NCBI RefSeq assembly: GCF_046716805.1
Contig: NZ_JBKJWH010000085.1
Location: 5,901 to 69,900, forward strand
DNA from: Mycetocola sp.
GTDB taxonomy: Bacteria > Actinomycetota > Actinomycetes > Actinomycetales > Microbacteriaceae
DNA length: 64,000 nt
Direction of reading: 5' to 3'
A program made the position numbers and the translations under genes. Shown here one piece after another: positions 44,719-54,571 of the stretch. Within the stretch, counting starts at the first letter, position 1. Each line of letters starts with the position of its first letter. Under the pieces are notes generated by a model. That model saw only the letters and a program-made list of their open reading frames with translations. It was not told the origin of the DNA and searched no databases.

Positions 44719-45936
44719 ATGACGATCTCCGCGCCGGAAGCAACAACCACGAAGCTCGAGAACACCGGGCAACTGGGGTACAAGAAGCACACCGACGGCG
44801 GATGGGGACTCGTCCCGATCCAAACCCGTTCCGAACGGTTCGCATCGACGAACGTCGACGATTTCCCCGCCGTCACCGGTCGTGAAGCGGTCTGGAAGCT
44901 CACCCCGATCGACCGGGTGGCCGGCCTGATCGACGGGCCGCTCGACGGCAGCGAGTACGACGTCGACGCGACCCTGGCCGCCGGCTTCGACGTGAGCTGG
45001 GTTGACCGCACCGACGCTCGGATCGGCACAGCAGGCACACCTGAAGAGCGCGCATCGGCGAACGCCTGGACACAGTTCGACAAAGCCCTGGCCATCACCG
45101 TCTCCGGCGAAGAGACGAGCACCCTCCGCGTCCGCCGCTCCGCGCTCGGCACCGGCGCACGCGCTGCGCACGTGATCATCGAAGCCAAGCCGTTCAGCAC
45201 CGGCCTCGTCATCCTCGCCAACAGCGGTCAGGCACAACTGACCGAGAACGTCGAGATTCTCGTCGGCGACGGCGCCAACCTCACGGTCGTCACCGTGCAG
45301 CAGTGGGACGATGACGCCGTGCACCTCGCGTCGCATTTCACCACCGTCGGCCGCGACGCTCGCATCAAGCACGTCGTCGTCACTCTTGGCGGCAGCGTCG
45401 TCCGCGTGAACCCCTCGACACACCTCAACGCCCAGGGCGGAGAGGTCGAAGCTCTCGGTCTCTATTTCGCGGATGCCGGTCAGCACCTCGAACAGCAGGT
45501 TTACGTCGACCACGACGCACCGCACACCCGCAGCCGCGTCACCTACAAGGGCGCCCTCCAGGGTGCGGGCGCACGCACCGTGTGGATCGGCGACGTGCTC
45601 ATCCGCCAGACAGCGACGGGCACGGACAGCTACGAACAGAACCGTAACCTCGTCCTCACCGACGGAACCCGTGCAGACTCCGTACCCAACCTCGAAATCG
45701 AGACCGGTGACATCGCCGGTGCCGGCCACGCAAGCGCGACCGGCCGTTTCGATGACGAACAGTTGTTCTACCTGCAGGCTCGCGGCATCCCTGAAGAAGA
45801 GGCACGCCGCCTCGTCGTGCGCGGATTCCTCACCGAGATCGTGCAGCAGATCGGTGACGCCGCGCTCGAGGAACGGCTTGAAATCGCCATCGAGGAAGAA
45901 CTGAACGGAACCAGCCTGTCGACGGACGGACGCTAA
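44719..45936 (+). CDS. sufD: Fe-S cluster assembly protein SufD
   Basis: The gene directly follows sufB. The C-terminal segment FDDEQLFYLQARGIPEEEARRLVVRGF is typical of SufD. Confidence 0.9.
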   Translation: MTISAPEATTTKLENTGQLGYKKHTDGGWGLVPIQTRSERFASTNVDDFPAVTGREAVWKLTPIDRVAGLIDGPLDGSEYDVDATLAAGFDVSWVDRTDARIGTAGTPEERASANAWTQFDKALAITVSGEETSTLRVRRSALGTGARAAHVIIEAKPFSTGLVILANSGQAQLTENVEILVGDGANLTVVTVQQWDDDAVHLASHFTTVGRDARIKHVVVTLGGSVVRVNPSTHLNAQGGEVEALGLYFADAGQHLEQQVYVDHDAPHTRSRVTYKGALQGAGARTVWIGDVLIRQTATGTDSYEQNRNLVLTDGTRADSVPNLEIETGDIAGAGHASATGRFDDEQLFYLQARGIPEEEARRLVVRGFLTEIVQQIGDAALEERLEIAIEEELNGTSLSTDGR

Positions 45937-45938
45937 GC

Positions 45939-46262
45939 GTGGCTGAACTTGTCTGCGCCCTCCGCGACCTCAAGGTCAACGAGGCTAAACGCGTCGTCGT
46001 CGGCGGCAAGTCGATCGCCCTTGTGCTCGACGGCAACGGGGATGTCCACGCAATCGGTGACACCTGCACCCACGGTGACATCTCGCTCTCGGAGGGGTTC
46101 GTCGAGAACGACACCCTTGAGTGCTGGGCGCACGGCTCCCAATTCTCCCTGCTCACGGGCAAGCCACTGTCGCTTCCCGCCTACGAACCCGTCCCGGTCT
46201 ACCTCGTGGAGCTGACCGACGGCAACATTTTCATCGACCCGACCGTAACGAAAGAGATCTGA
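45939..46262 (+). CDS. Rieske (2Fe-2S) ferredoxin-like protein
   Basis: The Rieske ligand motifs are CTHGDISL and CWAHGSQF. 107 aa, embedded between sufD and sufC. Confidence 0.85.
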   Translation: MAELVCALRDLKVNEAKRVVVGGKSIALVLDGNGDVHAIGDTCTHGDISLSEGFVENDTLECWAHGSQFSLLTGKPLSLPAYEPVPVYLVELTDGNIFIDPTVTKEI

Positions 46263-46266
46263 GCTC

Positions 46267-47031
46267 ATGGCTGTACTTGAAATCCGCGACCTGCACGTCA
46301 GTGTCCAGACCGAACAGGGATCCAAGCCCATCCTGCGCGGCGTCGACCTCACCATCAAGAAGGGCGAGACCCACGCCATCATGGGCCCCAACGGCTCCGG
46401 CAAGTCGACGCTCGCGTACACCATCGCCGGCCACCCGAAGTACACGGTCGACTCCGGGTCGATCACCCTCGACGGCCAGGACGTTCTCGCGATGACCGTC
46501 GACGAACGCGCCCGCGCCGGTCTTTTCCTCGCCATGCAGTACCCGGTGGAGATCCCCGGTGTCACTGTCACGAACTTCCTTCGCACCGCCAAGACCGCCA
46601 TCGACGGTGAAGCACCGCCCATCCGTCACTGGATCAAGGACGTCAGATCCTCGATGAAGAACCTTCGGATGGACTCGACCTTCGCCGAGCGCAACGTCAA
46701 CGAGGGCTTCTCGGGTGGCGAGAAGAAGCGCCACGAGATCCTCCAGATGGAGCTGCTCAAGCCGACCTTCGCCGTTCTCGACGAGACGGACTCCGGCCTC
46801 GACGTTGATGCGCTCAAGATCGTCTCCGAGGGCGTGAACCGTGCCAAGGAAAATACCAACCTCGGCGTCCTCCTGATCACCCACTACACGCGCATCCTCC
46901 GCTACATCAAACCGGACTTCGTGCACGTCTTCGTTGACGGCCGCATCGCCGAACAGGGTGGCCCTGAGCTGGCCGACCGTCTCGAGGACGAGGGCTACGA
47001 CCGCTTCCTCGGCAACGAAGCGACGGCGTAA
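46267..47031 (+). CDS. sufC: Fe-S cluster assembly ATPase SufC
   Basis: The ABC motifs are GPNGSGKSTL, FSGGEKKR and VLDETDSGLD. Confidence 0.95.
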   Translation: MAVLEIRDLHVSVQTEQGSKPILRGVDLTIKKGETHAIMGPNGSGKSTLAYTIAGHPKYTVDSGSITLDGQDVLAMTVDERARAGLFLAMQYPVEIPGVTVTNFLRTAKTAIDGEAPPIRHWIKDVRSSMKNLRMDSTFAERNVNEGFSGGEKKRHEILQMELLKPTFAVLDETDSGLDVDALKIVSEGVNRAKENTNLGVLLITHYTRILRYIKPDFVHVFVDGRIAEQGGPELADRLEDEGYDRFLGNEATA

Positions 47032-47040
47032 GCTTCGATC

Positions 47041-47370
47041 ATGGTGACCACACTGAGCCCTCAGCGCTTCGACGAAGTCGAAGAAGCCCTCAAGGAAGTG
47101 ATGGATCCCGAGCTCGGGATCAACATCGTCGACCTCGGGTTGATCTACGACCTCGGCTGGGACGACGAGAACGACGCGCTCATCATCCACATGACGTTGA
47201 CCTCCGCCGGATGCCCACTCACCGATGTTCTCGAGGAACAGACCGCCCAGGCGCTTGACGGCGTCGTCGAGGCGTTCCGGATCAACTGGGTCTGGATGCC
47301 GCCGTGGGGTCCCGAGAAAATCACCGATGACGGCCGCGACATGATGCGGGCGCTCGGCTTCTCGATCTGA
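47041..47370 (+). CDS. metal-sulfur cluster assembly factor (DUF59/SufT-like)
   Basis: The product contains VMDPELGINIVDLGLIYD..LTSAGCPL, which is characteristic of DUF59. Confidence 0.85.
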   Translation: MVTTLSPQRFDEVEEALKEVMDPELGINIVDLGLIYDLGWDDENDALIIHMTLTSAGCPLTDVLEEQTAQALDGVVEAFRINWVWMPPWGPEKITDDGRDMMRALGFSI

Positions 47371-47397
47371 CCCGGTTCCAGAAGATATCGTCGGAGC

Positions 47398-48609
47398 ATG
47401 ACAGCTGTCTCCTCCGACCCGATCGACGTCCTGCGTTCCCGGACGAGCGAGAAGTGGGCTGAACACCACTCCGACGTTCTGCCGATGTTCGTCGCAGAGA
47501 TGGATTATCCGCTCGCCGAGCCGATCCGCCGCGCCCTGCACGCGGCGGTCGATCGGGGAGATGCGGGCTACGTCGCGTCAGCAAACCCACTGCCCGACGC
47601 TTTCAGGGGCTACACCCGCCGACGATGGCACTGGGACCTGTCGTCGGCCACCCTTCTGACAACGGCCGACGTGAGCATGGGGATCGTCGAGATCCTCCGG
47701 CGCGTCACGATGCCCGGCAGCCCTGTGGTGATCACCCCGCCGGTGTATCCGCCGTTCTTCGACCTCCTGGCTGAAGCCGGCGCATCCGTCGCTGCCGTTC
47801 CCTTGCGCGACGCCGGCGACGGTCTGAGGCTCGACTTCGCCGCTCTGGAGTCGGCGTTCGCGGCCGGAGCACGCGCATTCCTTCTCTGCAACCCTCACAA
47901 CCCGCTCGGTTCCCCGCACAGCAGGAACGAGCTCGAGCGGGTGGCCGACCTCGCGGCCTCCTACGGTGTGACCGTGATCAGCGACGAGATCCACGCACCG
48001 CTGACCCAGCCGGACGCGACCTTCACGCCGTACCTCAGCGTCTCGGCGTCCGCGCGCGCTTCGGGGTTTGCCGTGCACTCGGCCAGTAAGGCATGGAACA
48101 TCGCGGGCCTCAAGTGCGCCATTATGGTGGCCGAGGGGGAGGGGCCGGTCAAAGTCCTCGACCGGATGCCGTTCGAGGTTGCCTGGCGGACGGGCCAGTT
48201 CGGCATGCTGGCCAGCGTGGCGGCGTACACCGACGGTCAGGAGTGGCTCGACGGCGTGCTTGAGGCGATCGCCCGCAACCTCGACCTGCTCGACCGCCTG
48301 CTCCGGGAGCACCTGCCGGAAGTGACCTGGCGCCGACCCGACGCGAGTTACCTGGCCTGGCTCGACTTCCGGGGCCGCGGGTGGGGGAGCGATCCCGCCG
48401 AACGGATCCTCCGAGAGGCGAAAGTCGCCCTCAGCCCGGGGCCGGGCTTCGGTGAACCCGGCGCCGGGTTCGCGCGGATGAACATCGCCTGCTCCCCTGA
48501 GTTGCTCGAGCAGGCGATCCGACGGATCGCCTCCATCCCACCCGGAGCGAGCGCCGCAGAGCCCGGTGCCCGAACCGGTCCGGGCGAGCTTCCAGCCCCG
48601 ACAACGTAG
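47398..48609 (+). CDS. PLP-dependent aminotransferase, MalY/PatB-type cystathionine beta-lyase family
   Basis: Class I/II aminotransferase layout. The PLP-lysine motif is HSASKAWNIAGLK, and the N-terminus (SEKWAEHHSDVLPMFVAEMDYP) is typical of MalY/PatB. Confidence 0.85.
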   Translation: MTAVSSDPIDVLRSRTSEKWAEHHSDVLPMFVAEMDYPLAEPIRRALHAAVDRGDAGYVASANPLPDAFRGYTRRRWHWDLSSATLLTTADVSMGIVEILRRVTMPGSPVVITPPVYPPFFDLLAEAGASVAAVPLRDAGDGLRLDFAALESAFAAGARAFLLCNPHNPLGSPHSRNELERVADLAASYGVTVISDEIHAPLTQPDATFTPYLSVSASARASGFAVHSASKAWNIAGLKCAIMVAEGEGPVKVLDRMPFEVAWRTGQFGMLASVAAYTDGQEWLDGVLEAIARNLDLLDRLLREHLPEVTWRRPDASYLAWLDFRGRGWGSDPAERILREAKVALSPGPGFGEPGAGFARMNIACSPELLEQAIRRIASIPPGASAAEPGARTGPGELPAPTT

Positions 48610-48673
48610 ACTGTTGGGTCGACCCCTTTGTTTTGCGCCGTTTTTTGGCGCGCCGTCAAGAATTGGACCTGCT

Positions 48674-50272
48674 TTGCTGAGTGTGCACGATCTCGAAATT
48701 CGCGTCGGGGCACGGGTTCTCATGGACGACGTCAACTTCCGCGTCTCCGACGGCGACAAGATCGGCCTGGTCGGCCGCAACGGCGCAGGCAAGACCACGC
48801 TGACCAAGGTCCTCGCCGGAGAACTTCAGCCATCGAACGGCAAAGTCGAACGTTCAGGCGAACTGGGCTACCTTCCGCAGGACCCACGCTCCGGCGACCC
48901 CGAGGAGCTCGCGCGGACTCGCATTCTCAACGCCCGCGGGCTCGGCAGCCTGGTGCTCGGCATGCAGGAAGCCACCATGGGCATGGCGTCGACGGATGCC
49001 GCGATCAGCGCCGCCGCGATGAAGAAGTACGGCAACCTCGAAGAGCGGTTCCAGATGCTCGGCGGCTATGCGGCCGAAGCGGAGGCCGCGTCGATCGCGA
49101 GCAACCTCAACCTGCCGGACCGGATCCTCGACCAGCAGCTGAAGACTCTGTCTGGCGGCCAGCGCCGACGGATCGAACTCGCCCGGATCCTGTTCTCCGA
49201 CGCCCGCACGATGATCCTCGACGAACCGACAAACCACCTCGATGCCGACTCGGTGACCTGGCTTCGTGAGTTCCTCAAGACCTACACCGGCGGGTTCATC
49301 GTGATCACCCACGACGTGGAACTCGTCGGCGAGACCGTCAACAAGGTGTTCTACCTCGACGGCAACCGTCAGGTCATCGACGTCTACAACATGAATTGGA
49401 AGAACTACCAGCGCCAGCGCGAAGCCGACGAGGAACGACGCAAGAAGGAACGCGTCAACGTTGAGAAGAAGGCGACGTCGCTTCAGCTCCAGGCTGCGCG
49501 ATTCGGCGCCAAGGCGTCCAAGGCTGCCTCAGCGCACCAGATGGTCGCGCGTGCCGAGAAGATGCTCTCGGGGCTCGACGAGGTGCGCACCGTCGAGCGG
49601 GTCGCCAAACTGCGTTTCCCCGACCCAGCTCCGTGCGGCCGGACACCGCTGATGGCGTCGAACCTGTCGCGCAGCTACGGCTCGCTGGAGATCTTCACCG
49701 CTGTCGATCTTGCCGTTGACCGCGGCTCCAAGGTCGTCGTTCTCGGCCTCAACGGCGCCGGGAAGACGACGCTGCTGCGGATCCTCGCGGGCGTCGACAA
49801 ACCGGACACCGGGCAGGTCGAACCAGGCCACGGTCTTCGGATCGGCTACTTCGCGCAGGAGCACGAAACGCTCGACGTCAAGCGCAGCGTGCTCGAGAAC
49901 ATGGTGTCGAGTTCACCGAACATCACCGAGACCGAAGCACGCAAGGTCCTCGGATCGTTCCTGTTCACCGGTGACGACTCACATAAGCCGGCCGGAGTGC
50001 TCTCCGGCGGAGAGAAGACGCGACTGGCACTCGCCATGATCGTCGTCTCCGGGGCGAACGTGCTTCTGCTGGATGAGCCCACGAACAACCTCGACCCAGC
50101 CAGCCGCGCCGAGATCCTCGACGCACTGGCACATTTCACGGGCGCTGTCGTCCTGGTCAGCCACGATGAGGGTGCCGTTCAGGCGCTCAACCCGGAGCGG
50201 GTCCTCATCCTGCCCGACGGTGTGGAGGACCACTGGAACAAGGACTACCTGGAACTCATCGAGCTGGCCTGA
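48674..50272 (+). CDS. ABC-F family ATPase (two NBDs, no TMD)
   Basis: The motifs are GRNGAGKTTL / LSGGQRRR / ILDEPTNHLD and GLNGAGKTTL / LSGGEKTR / LLDEPTNNLD, with a charged linker between the NBDs. The TTG at 48674 or the GTG at 48683 is the start, chosen after the preceding gene's stop. Confidence 0.9.
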   Translation: MLSVHDLEIRVGARVLMDDVNFRVSDGDKIGLVGRNGAGKTTLTKVLAGELQPSNGKVERSGELGYLPQDPRSGDPEELARTRILNARGLGSLVLGMQEATMGMASTDAAISAAAMKKYGNLEERFQMLGGYAAEAEAASIASNLNLPDRILDQQLKTLSGGQRRRIELARILFSDARTMILDEPTNHLDADSVTWLREFLKTYTGGFIVITHDVELVGETVNKVFYLDGNRQVIDVYNMNWKNYQRQREADEERRKKERVNVEKKATSLQLQAARFGAKASKAASAHQMVARAEKMLSGLDEVRTVERVAKLRFPDPAPCGRTPLMASNLSRSYGSLEIFTAVDLAVDRGSKVVVLGLNGAGKTTLLRILAGVDKPDTGQVEPGHGLRIGYFAQEHETLDVKRSVLENMVSSSPNITETEARKVLGSFLFTGDDSHKPAGVLSGGEKTRLALAMIVVSGANVLLLDEPTNNLDPASRAEILDALAHFTGAVVLVSHDEGAVQALNPERVLILPDGVEDHWNKDYLELIELA

Positions 50273-50406
50273 GTCCTCCCCGCCGGTGTAGCCGACCACC
50301 GGAAGCACCGACTACCTGGAACTCATCGAGCTGGCCTGAGTCCTCCGCGACGGTGTAGCCGACCACCGGAAGCACAGACTACCTGGAACTCATCGAGCTG
50401 GCCTGA
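50243..50406. repeat. 67-bp tandem repeat (2.4 copies) containing the ABC-F stop-codon end plus a small hairpin
   Basis: The units start at 50243, 50310 and 50377. Units 1 and 2 match at 64 of 67 nt, and the 30 nt of partial unit 3 are identical. Each unit begins GACTACCTGGAACTCATCGAGCTGGCCTGA (DYLELIELA*). Full units carry CCGGTG-tagccga-CACCGG. Confidence 0.9.
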
Positions 50407-50414
50407 CGATGTGG

Positions 50415-51260
50415 TCAGCGAACGGATGCGTCGAGGATGTCGTCCTCCACGTCGGCGTCCGAGCGTTTCGCGACGCGCTTTCGTTCCCGCTCCGCCGCGC
50501 GAGCCTGCTCTGCAGGGTCGTCGGCATTGAGGTGACGGTATTCCTCACGGATCGCGTAGCCGAGGAAAGCGAACCCGAGCAGGCCGAAGACGATCCACTG
50601 CAGGGCATACGACAGGTGTGACCCCTCGTCGAGTTCCGGCTTGAGCGCCGGAAGCGGACGCGCGTCGACGGGAGCCGGCGTCTCGGATGCCATCAACCCG
50701 TATGCACCGGTGTAGACCGGGGTATCGAGCCGGTCGTCGAACTGGGACAGCTCAACGGTCGCGATCTGGCCCTCAGCGGCGCTTCGTCCCTGCAGGGCCG
50801 GTTCACCCGGCTTCAGGCGTGCCGTCACCGTCACCTCACCGGTCGGTGGGGCGGGCACAACGTCGGGCAGATCCTGCGCATTGCCGGTCGGAAGCCATCC
50901 CCGATCGACGATGAAGACGCTGCCGTCCGACACCTGCAGCGGAGTGAGCACCTCGAAACCCGGCTGCCCGTTACGGGGCCGGTTGCGCACGAGGACCTGG
51001 TCTTCGACCAGGTAGCTGCCGGTGACAGTGACGGGGGTCCATTCCAGGTCGTCGTCCCAGGCATCGGTGGAGGGCAGGACGTTGTCGAGCGGAATCGGAT
51101 CGTTCTCATAATTGTCGAGAACACGCGAGTTCTCGAGCTTCTTCTCGTCCAGCCGCGACACCTGCCAGTTGGACAGCAGCACACAGACGACCGCGAAGAC
51201 GACGGCGACGGCCAGGTAGCCGAACCACCGCTTGCTGATCACGAATCGCCAGTTGCTCAA
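50415..51260 (-). CDS. SURF1 family cytochrome oxidase biogenesis protein
   Basis: An N-terminal TM segment is followed by SNWQVSRL, and there is a C-terminal TM segment (HLSYALQWIVFG). Confidence 0.85.
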   Translation of the reverse strand: MSNWRFVISKRWFGYLAVAVVFAVVCVLLSNWQVSRLDEKKLENSRVLDNYENDPIPLDNVLPSTDAWDDDLEWTPVTVTGSYLVEDQVLVRNRPRNGQPGFEVLTPLQVSDGSVFIVDRGWLPTGNAQDLPDVVPAPPTGEVTVTARLKPGEPALQGRSAAEGQIATVELSQFDDRLDTPVYTGAYGLMASETPAPVDARPLPALKPELDEGSHLSYALQWIVFGLLGFAFLGYAIREEYRHLNADDPAEQARAAERERKRVAKRSDADVEDDILDASVR

Positions 51261-51481
51261 GAAACGTCCTTCGGGGTCAGGGGGAGTGTGGTCACGGGGA
51301 AATCCCGTGCGGTGAGGAAATCGTGCAGGTAGCTCCTGTGCTCATCGCACGCGAGCCAGACCTTCACCCGGTCCTCGGCGTGGATCTTCGGATTGCGCCA
51401 CTCGATCCGCCATCCGGCCGTGGCGGGGCAACCGGCCCGGGAACAGGTGAACTGCCCGGGCTCCTGGAACAATCCGATCAT
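51257..51481 (-). CDS. small conserved hypothetical protein (Cys/His-containing)
   Basis: 74 aa. It overlaps its neighbours at both ends, which suggests operon coupling. C-x4-C and C-x2-H spacing is present (FTCSRAGCP..LACDEH). Confidence 0.65.
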   Translation of the reverse strand: MIGLFQEPGQFTCSRAGCPATAGWRIEWRNPKIHAEDRVKVWLACDEHRSYLHDFLTARDFPVTTLPLTPKDVS

Positions 51482-51780
51482 GACGCCTGTCGGTCCTCGG
51501 CGTCGTCCTCAGGCGCTTTCCGCTCAGGAATGGCGACGACACCGCCTGGGCGCAGCACTGTCGTGTCCGCAGTGGGCGCACCGACGTTGGCGAGGACGAC
51601 CGCGACGTACGGCAGGCAGATCGCCCCGGCGGCGCACACGAAAAGCCACCAGCCATCGACGAACAGCATCATCACCAGGCACACCACACGAATGCTCATA
51701 GCAATCGTGTACTTGAGCATTCGTGCTCGCCGGTCGGCATCAGGCGACGGCGGCAATGAAGTGATGGATGGCTGTTTCAT
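51478..51780 (-). CDS. DUF3099 domain-containing membrane protein
   Basis: A two-TM hairpin (IRVVCLVMMLFVDGWWLFVCAAGAICLPYVAVVLAN) typical of DUF3099. Confidence 0.8.
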   Translation of the reverse strand: MKQPSITSLPPSPDADRRARMLKYTIAMSIRVVCLVMMLFVDGWWLFVCAAGAICLPYVAVVLANVGAPTADTTVLRPGGVVAIPERKAPEDDAEDRQAS

Positions 51781-51880
51781 TCACTCCAAGACTACGCTTG
51801 TTTGCGCACCCCCAGCAGGGTTCACGGCGGAATCCCCGGACTCGCATTCGCTGGGATCCACTCCACACCGGAAGGCCGAC

Positions 51881-52606
51881 ATGCCCCACTCTGAGAACTC
51901 TTCCCCGCGCACGGTACTCGTCACAGGGGGGAACCGCGGAATCGGCTACGCCATCGCAGAGGAGTTCGTCGCGCGCGGTCACCGTGTAGCCGTCACCGCC
52001 CGGTCGGGCGACGGCCCGGCCGGAAGCCTCACCGTCCGCGCGGACGTCACCGACGCCGACTCCATCGATGCCGCGTTCAGCGAGATCGAGCAGAAGCTCG
52101 GACCGGTCGAGGTCGTGATCGCGAACGCGGGGATCACCCGCGACACGCTTTTGATGCGCATGAGCGACGACGACTTCGACAGCGTTGTGAACACGAACCT
52201 CGGCGGATCGTTCCGCGTGGTCAAGCGCGCGTCCAAGGGCATGCTGAAGGCCCGGTTCGGCCGGATCGTGCTCATTTCGAGCGTCGTCGGCCTGTACGGC
52301 GGCCCCGGCCAGGTGAATTACGCCGCGTCGAAGGCCGGTCTCGTGGGAATGGCCCGCTCGATCACGCGTGAACTCGGCGCTCGGGGCATCACCGCCAACG
52401 TGATCGCTCCCGGTTTCATCGAAACGGACATGACCGCTGAACTGCCCGAGGCGACCCAGGCGGAGTACAAGAAGGGCATCCCAGCCGGGCGGTTCGCGAC
52501 TCCCGCCGAGGTGGCGAAGGTCGTCGCGTGGATCGCCGGCGAGGATGCCGGTTACATCTCAGGCGCGGTCATCCCGGTCGACGGCGGCCTCGGGATGGGG
52601 CACTAG
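51881..52606 (+). CDS. fabG: 3-oxoacyl-ACP reductase FabG (SDR)
   Basis: The SDR motifs are VTGGNRGIG, NAG and YAASKAG. The ATG at 51881 follows GGAAGG, within the longer ORF 51323-52606. Confidence 0.9.
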   Translation: MPHSENSSPRTVLVTGGNRGIGYAIAEEFVARGHRVAVTARSGDGPAGSLTVRADVTDADSIDAAFSEIEQKLGPVEVVIANAGITRDTLLMRMSDDDFDSVVNTNLGGSFRVVKRASKGMLKARFGRIVLISSVVGLYGGPGQVNYAASKAGLVGMARSITRELGARGITANVIAPGFIETDMTAELPEATQAEYKKGIPAGRFATPAEVAKVVAWIAGEDAGYISGAVIPVDGGLGMGH

Positions 52607-52613
52607 CCCCGGG

Positions 52614-53285
52614 TCAGCCGCGCAGACCGAGCAGCGGCAGCACGTCGGCGAGGTCGACGTGGTCGATGACCACGTCGGCCCGCTCGCGAACGGCAGGTTT
52701 GGCGTTGAATGCGACACTGAGCCCGGCGACGCCCATCATCAACAGATCATTCGCGCCGTCGCCGATCGCGACCGTCCTCGAGGCCGGCACGCCGGCATCC
52801 GCTGCCCATTCGAGAAGGGCGGATGCCTTCGCGTCTGCGTCGACGATCGGACCGTCGACGCGCCCGGACAGGAGACTGCCGGACACCTCGAGCCGGTTGG
52901 CTCGCCAGACGTCGAGCCCGAGTGTCGCGGCGAGGGGATCGAGCAGTTCGTGGAAGCCGCCAGACACGACGCCGACCCGGCCCCCGGCAGCCTGGATTCC
53001 CGCGATGAGCTGGTGCACGCCGCGAGTGGGACGGATTCGGGCCGACACGGTCCGGAAGACGGACTCGTGCAGTCCGGCGAGGGTCGCGACGCGGCCGCGA
53101 AGGCTTTCCGCGAAGTCCAGTTCGCCGCGCATGGCGCGTTCGGTCACGTCAGCGACGAGGGCGAGCGAGCCGGCCTCCTCGGCGAGGAGTTCGATGACTT
53201 CGTTTTCGATCAGGGTGGAGTCGGCGTCGAGCACGACAAGGAACCGGGCCGGCGCCTGGGGCGACGGCGGAAGGGTGGAGCTCAT
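52614..53285 (-). CDS. serB: HAD-family phosphoserine phosphatase (SerB-like)
   Basis: The HAD motifs are [18 protein letters not shown] and GDGANDL. There is a 4-nt overlap with the glgC stop. Confidence 0.8.
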   Translation of the reverse strand: MSSTLPPSPQAPARFLVVLDADSTLIENEVIELLAEEAGSLALVADVTERAMRGELDFAESLRGRVATLAGLHESVFRTVSARIRPTRGVHQLIAGIQAAGGRVGVVSGGFHELLDPLAATLGLDVWRANRLEVSGSLLSGRVDGPIVDADAKASALLEWAADAGVPASRTVAIGDGANDLLMMGVAGLSVAFNAKPAVRERADVVIDHVDLADVLPLLGLRG

Positions 53286-54526
53286 CGGGAGACGCGCACT
53301 CCCTTGCCCACCACGGTGAGTCCTGAGTCGGTCACGGTGAAGCCACGGGCGCGGTCACGGTCGTGGTCGACCCCGATGGCGGCGCCGTCCTCGACGACGA
53401 CATCCTTGTCGAGGATCGCCCGCTTCACCAAGGCATCCGGTCCGACGAGCACACGGTCGAACAGCACCGAGTCGACGACCTTCGCACCGGACTCGACGTT
53501 CGACCAGGCCCCGAGGACGCTGCGTTCAATATGTGCACCGGAGATGAGCGAGCCGAGCGAAACAATCGAATCGATGACCTGGCCGAGGTTGCCCTTCGCG
53601 TCGCGGACGAACTTCGCCGGAGGGGAATTCAGCTGCTGGCTGAAGATCGGCCACTCGCTGTTGTACAGATTGAAGATGGGCAGAGTGGAGATGAGGTCCT
53701 GGTGGGCTTCGAAGAATGAGTCGATCGTTCCCACGTCACGCCAGTAGTACCGGTCACGGTCCGTTGACCCTGGCACGGTGTTGTTCTTGAGGTCGAACAC
53801 GCCGGCGTCGCCTCGAGCAACGAAGTCGGGGATGATGTCGCCGCCCATGTCGTGGTTGGAATCCGTCCGCTCGCCGTCGCGGGTCACGGCGTCGATGAGC
53901 GCGTCGGTGTTGAAGACGTAGTTGCCCATCGACGCGAGGACCTCGTGTGGTGCGTCGGCGAGCCCTTCGGCGTTGATCGGCTTTTCGAGGAACTCAGCGA
54001 TCCTCGTCGGGTCGTTCTTGTCGAGCTGGATCACGCCGAACTGGTCGCTGAGCTCGATCGGCTGGCGGATCGCCGCGACGGTTGCACCGCGCCCCGAATC
54101 GATGTGGGCCTGGACCATGTCGCGGAAGTCCATCCGGTACACGTGGTCGGCACCGACGACGACGACGATGTCGGGCTTCTCGTCACGGATGAGGTTGAGG
54201 CTCTGCAGGATCGCGTCGGCTGAGCCGGAAAACCAGCGTTTTCCGAGCCGCTGCTGGGCGGGCACCGAGGCGACGTAGGAGTTGAGGAGGCCGGACAAGC
54301 GCCAGGTCTGCGACACGTGGCGGTCGAGGCTGTGTGACTTGTATTGCGTCAGGACGACGATCTGGGTGAAGCCGGAGTTGATCAGGTTGGAGAGCGCGAA
54401 GTCGATGAGACGGTACTGCCCGGCGAACGGTACAGCGGGTTTTGCCCGGTCCGCGGTCAGCGGCATCAGGCGTTTCCCTTCGCCGCCAGCGAGGACAATG
54501 CCAAAAATCTTCTTCATCGCGACCAT
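53282..54526 (-). CDS. glgC: glucose-1-phosphate adenylyltransferase
   Basis: The product contains [14 protein letters not shown] and the left-handed beta-helix C-terminus. The ATG at 54517 is an alternative start. Confidence 0.95.
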   Translation of the reverse strand: MVAMKKIFGIVLAGGEGKRLMPLTADRAKPAVPFAGQYRLIDFALSNLINSGFTQIVVLTQYKSHSLDRHVSQTWRLSGLLNSYVASVPAQQRLGKRWFSGSADAILQSLNLIRDEKPDIVVVVGADHVYRMDFRDMVQAHIDSGRGATVAAIRQPIELSDQFGVIQLDKNDPTRIAEFLEKPINAEGLADAPHEVLASMGNYVFNTDALIDAVTRDGERTDSNHDMGGDIIPDFVARGDAGVFDLKNNTVPGSTDRDRYYWRDVGTIDSFFEAHQDLISTLPIFNLYNSEWPIFSQQLNSPPAKFVRDAKGNLGQVIDSIVSLGSLISGAHIERSVLGAWSNVESGAKVVDSVLFDRVLVGPDALVKRAILDKDVVVEDGAAIGVDHDRDRARGFTVTDSGLTVVGKGVRVSR

Positions 54527-54532
54527 GCCCCC

Positions 54533-54538
54533 AGACTA
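54533..54538 (-). promoter_or_regulatory. -10-like hexamer TAGTCT 6 nt upstream of glgC ATG
   Basis: On the minus strand the sequence reads TAGTCT-gggggc-ATG (54526). Confidence 0.35.
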
Positions 54539-54559
54539 GAGGCAACCCCATACCTGTAC

Positions 54560-54565
54560 TAGCTT
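54560..54565 (+). promoter_or_regulatory. -10-like hexamer TAGCTT 6 nt upstream of glgA ATG
   Basis: The sequence reads TAGCTT-cgtgac-ATG (54572). Confidence 0.35.
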
Positions 54566-54571
54566 CGTGAC

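Noticed and set aside
46231-48807. 436-aa and 409-aa minus-strand ORFs
   Set aside because: Antisense to sufC, the DUF59 gene, the aminotransferase and the ABC-F genes. They are shadow ORFs.
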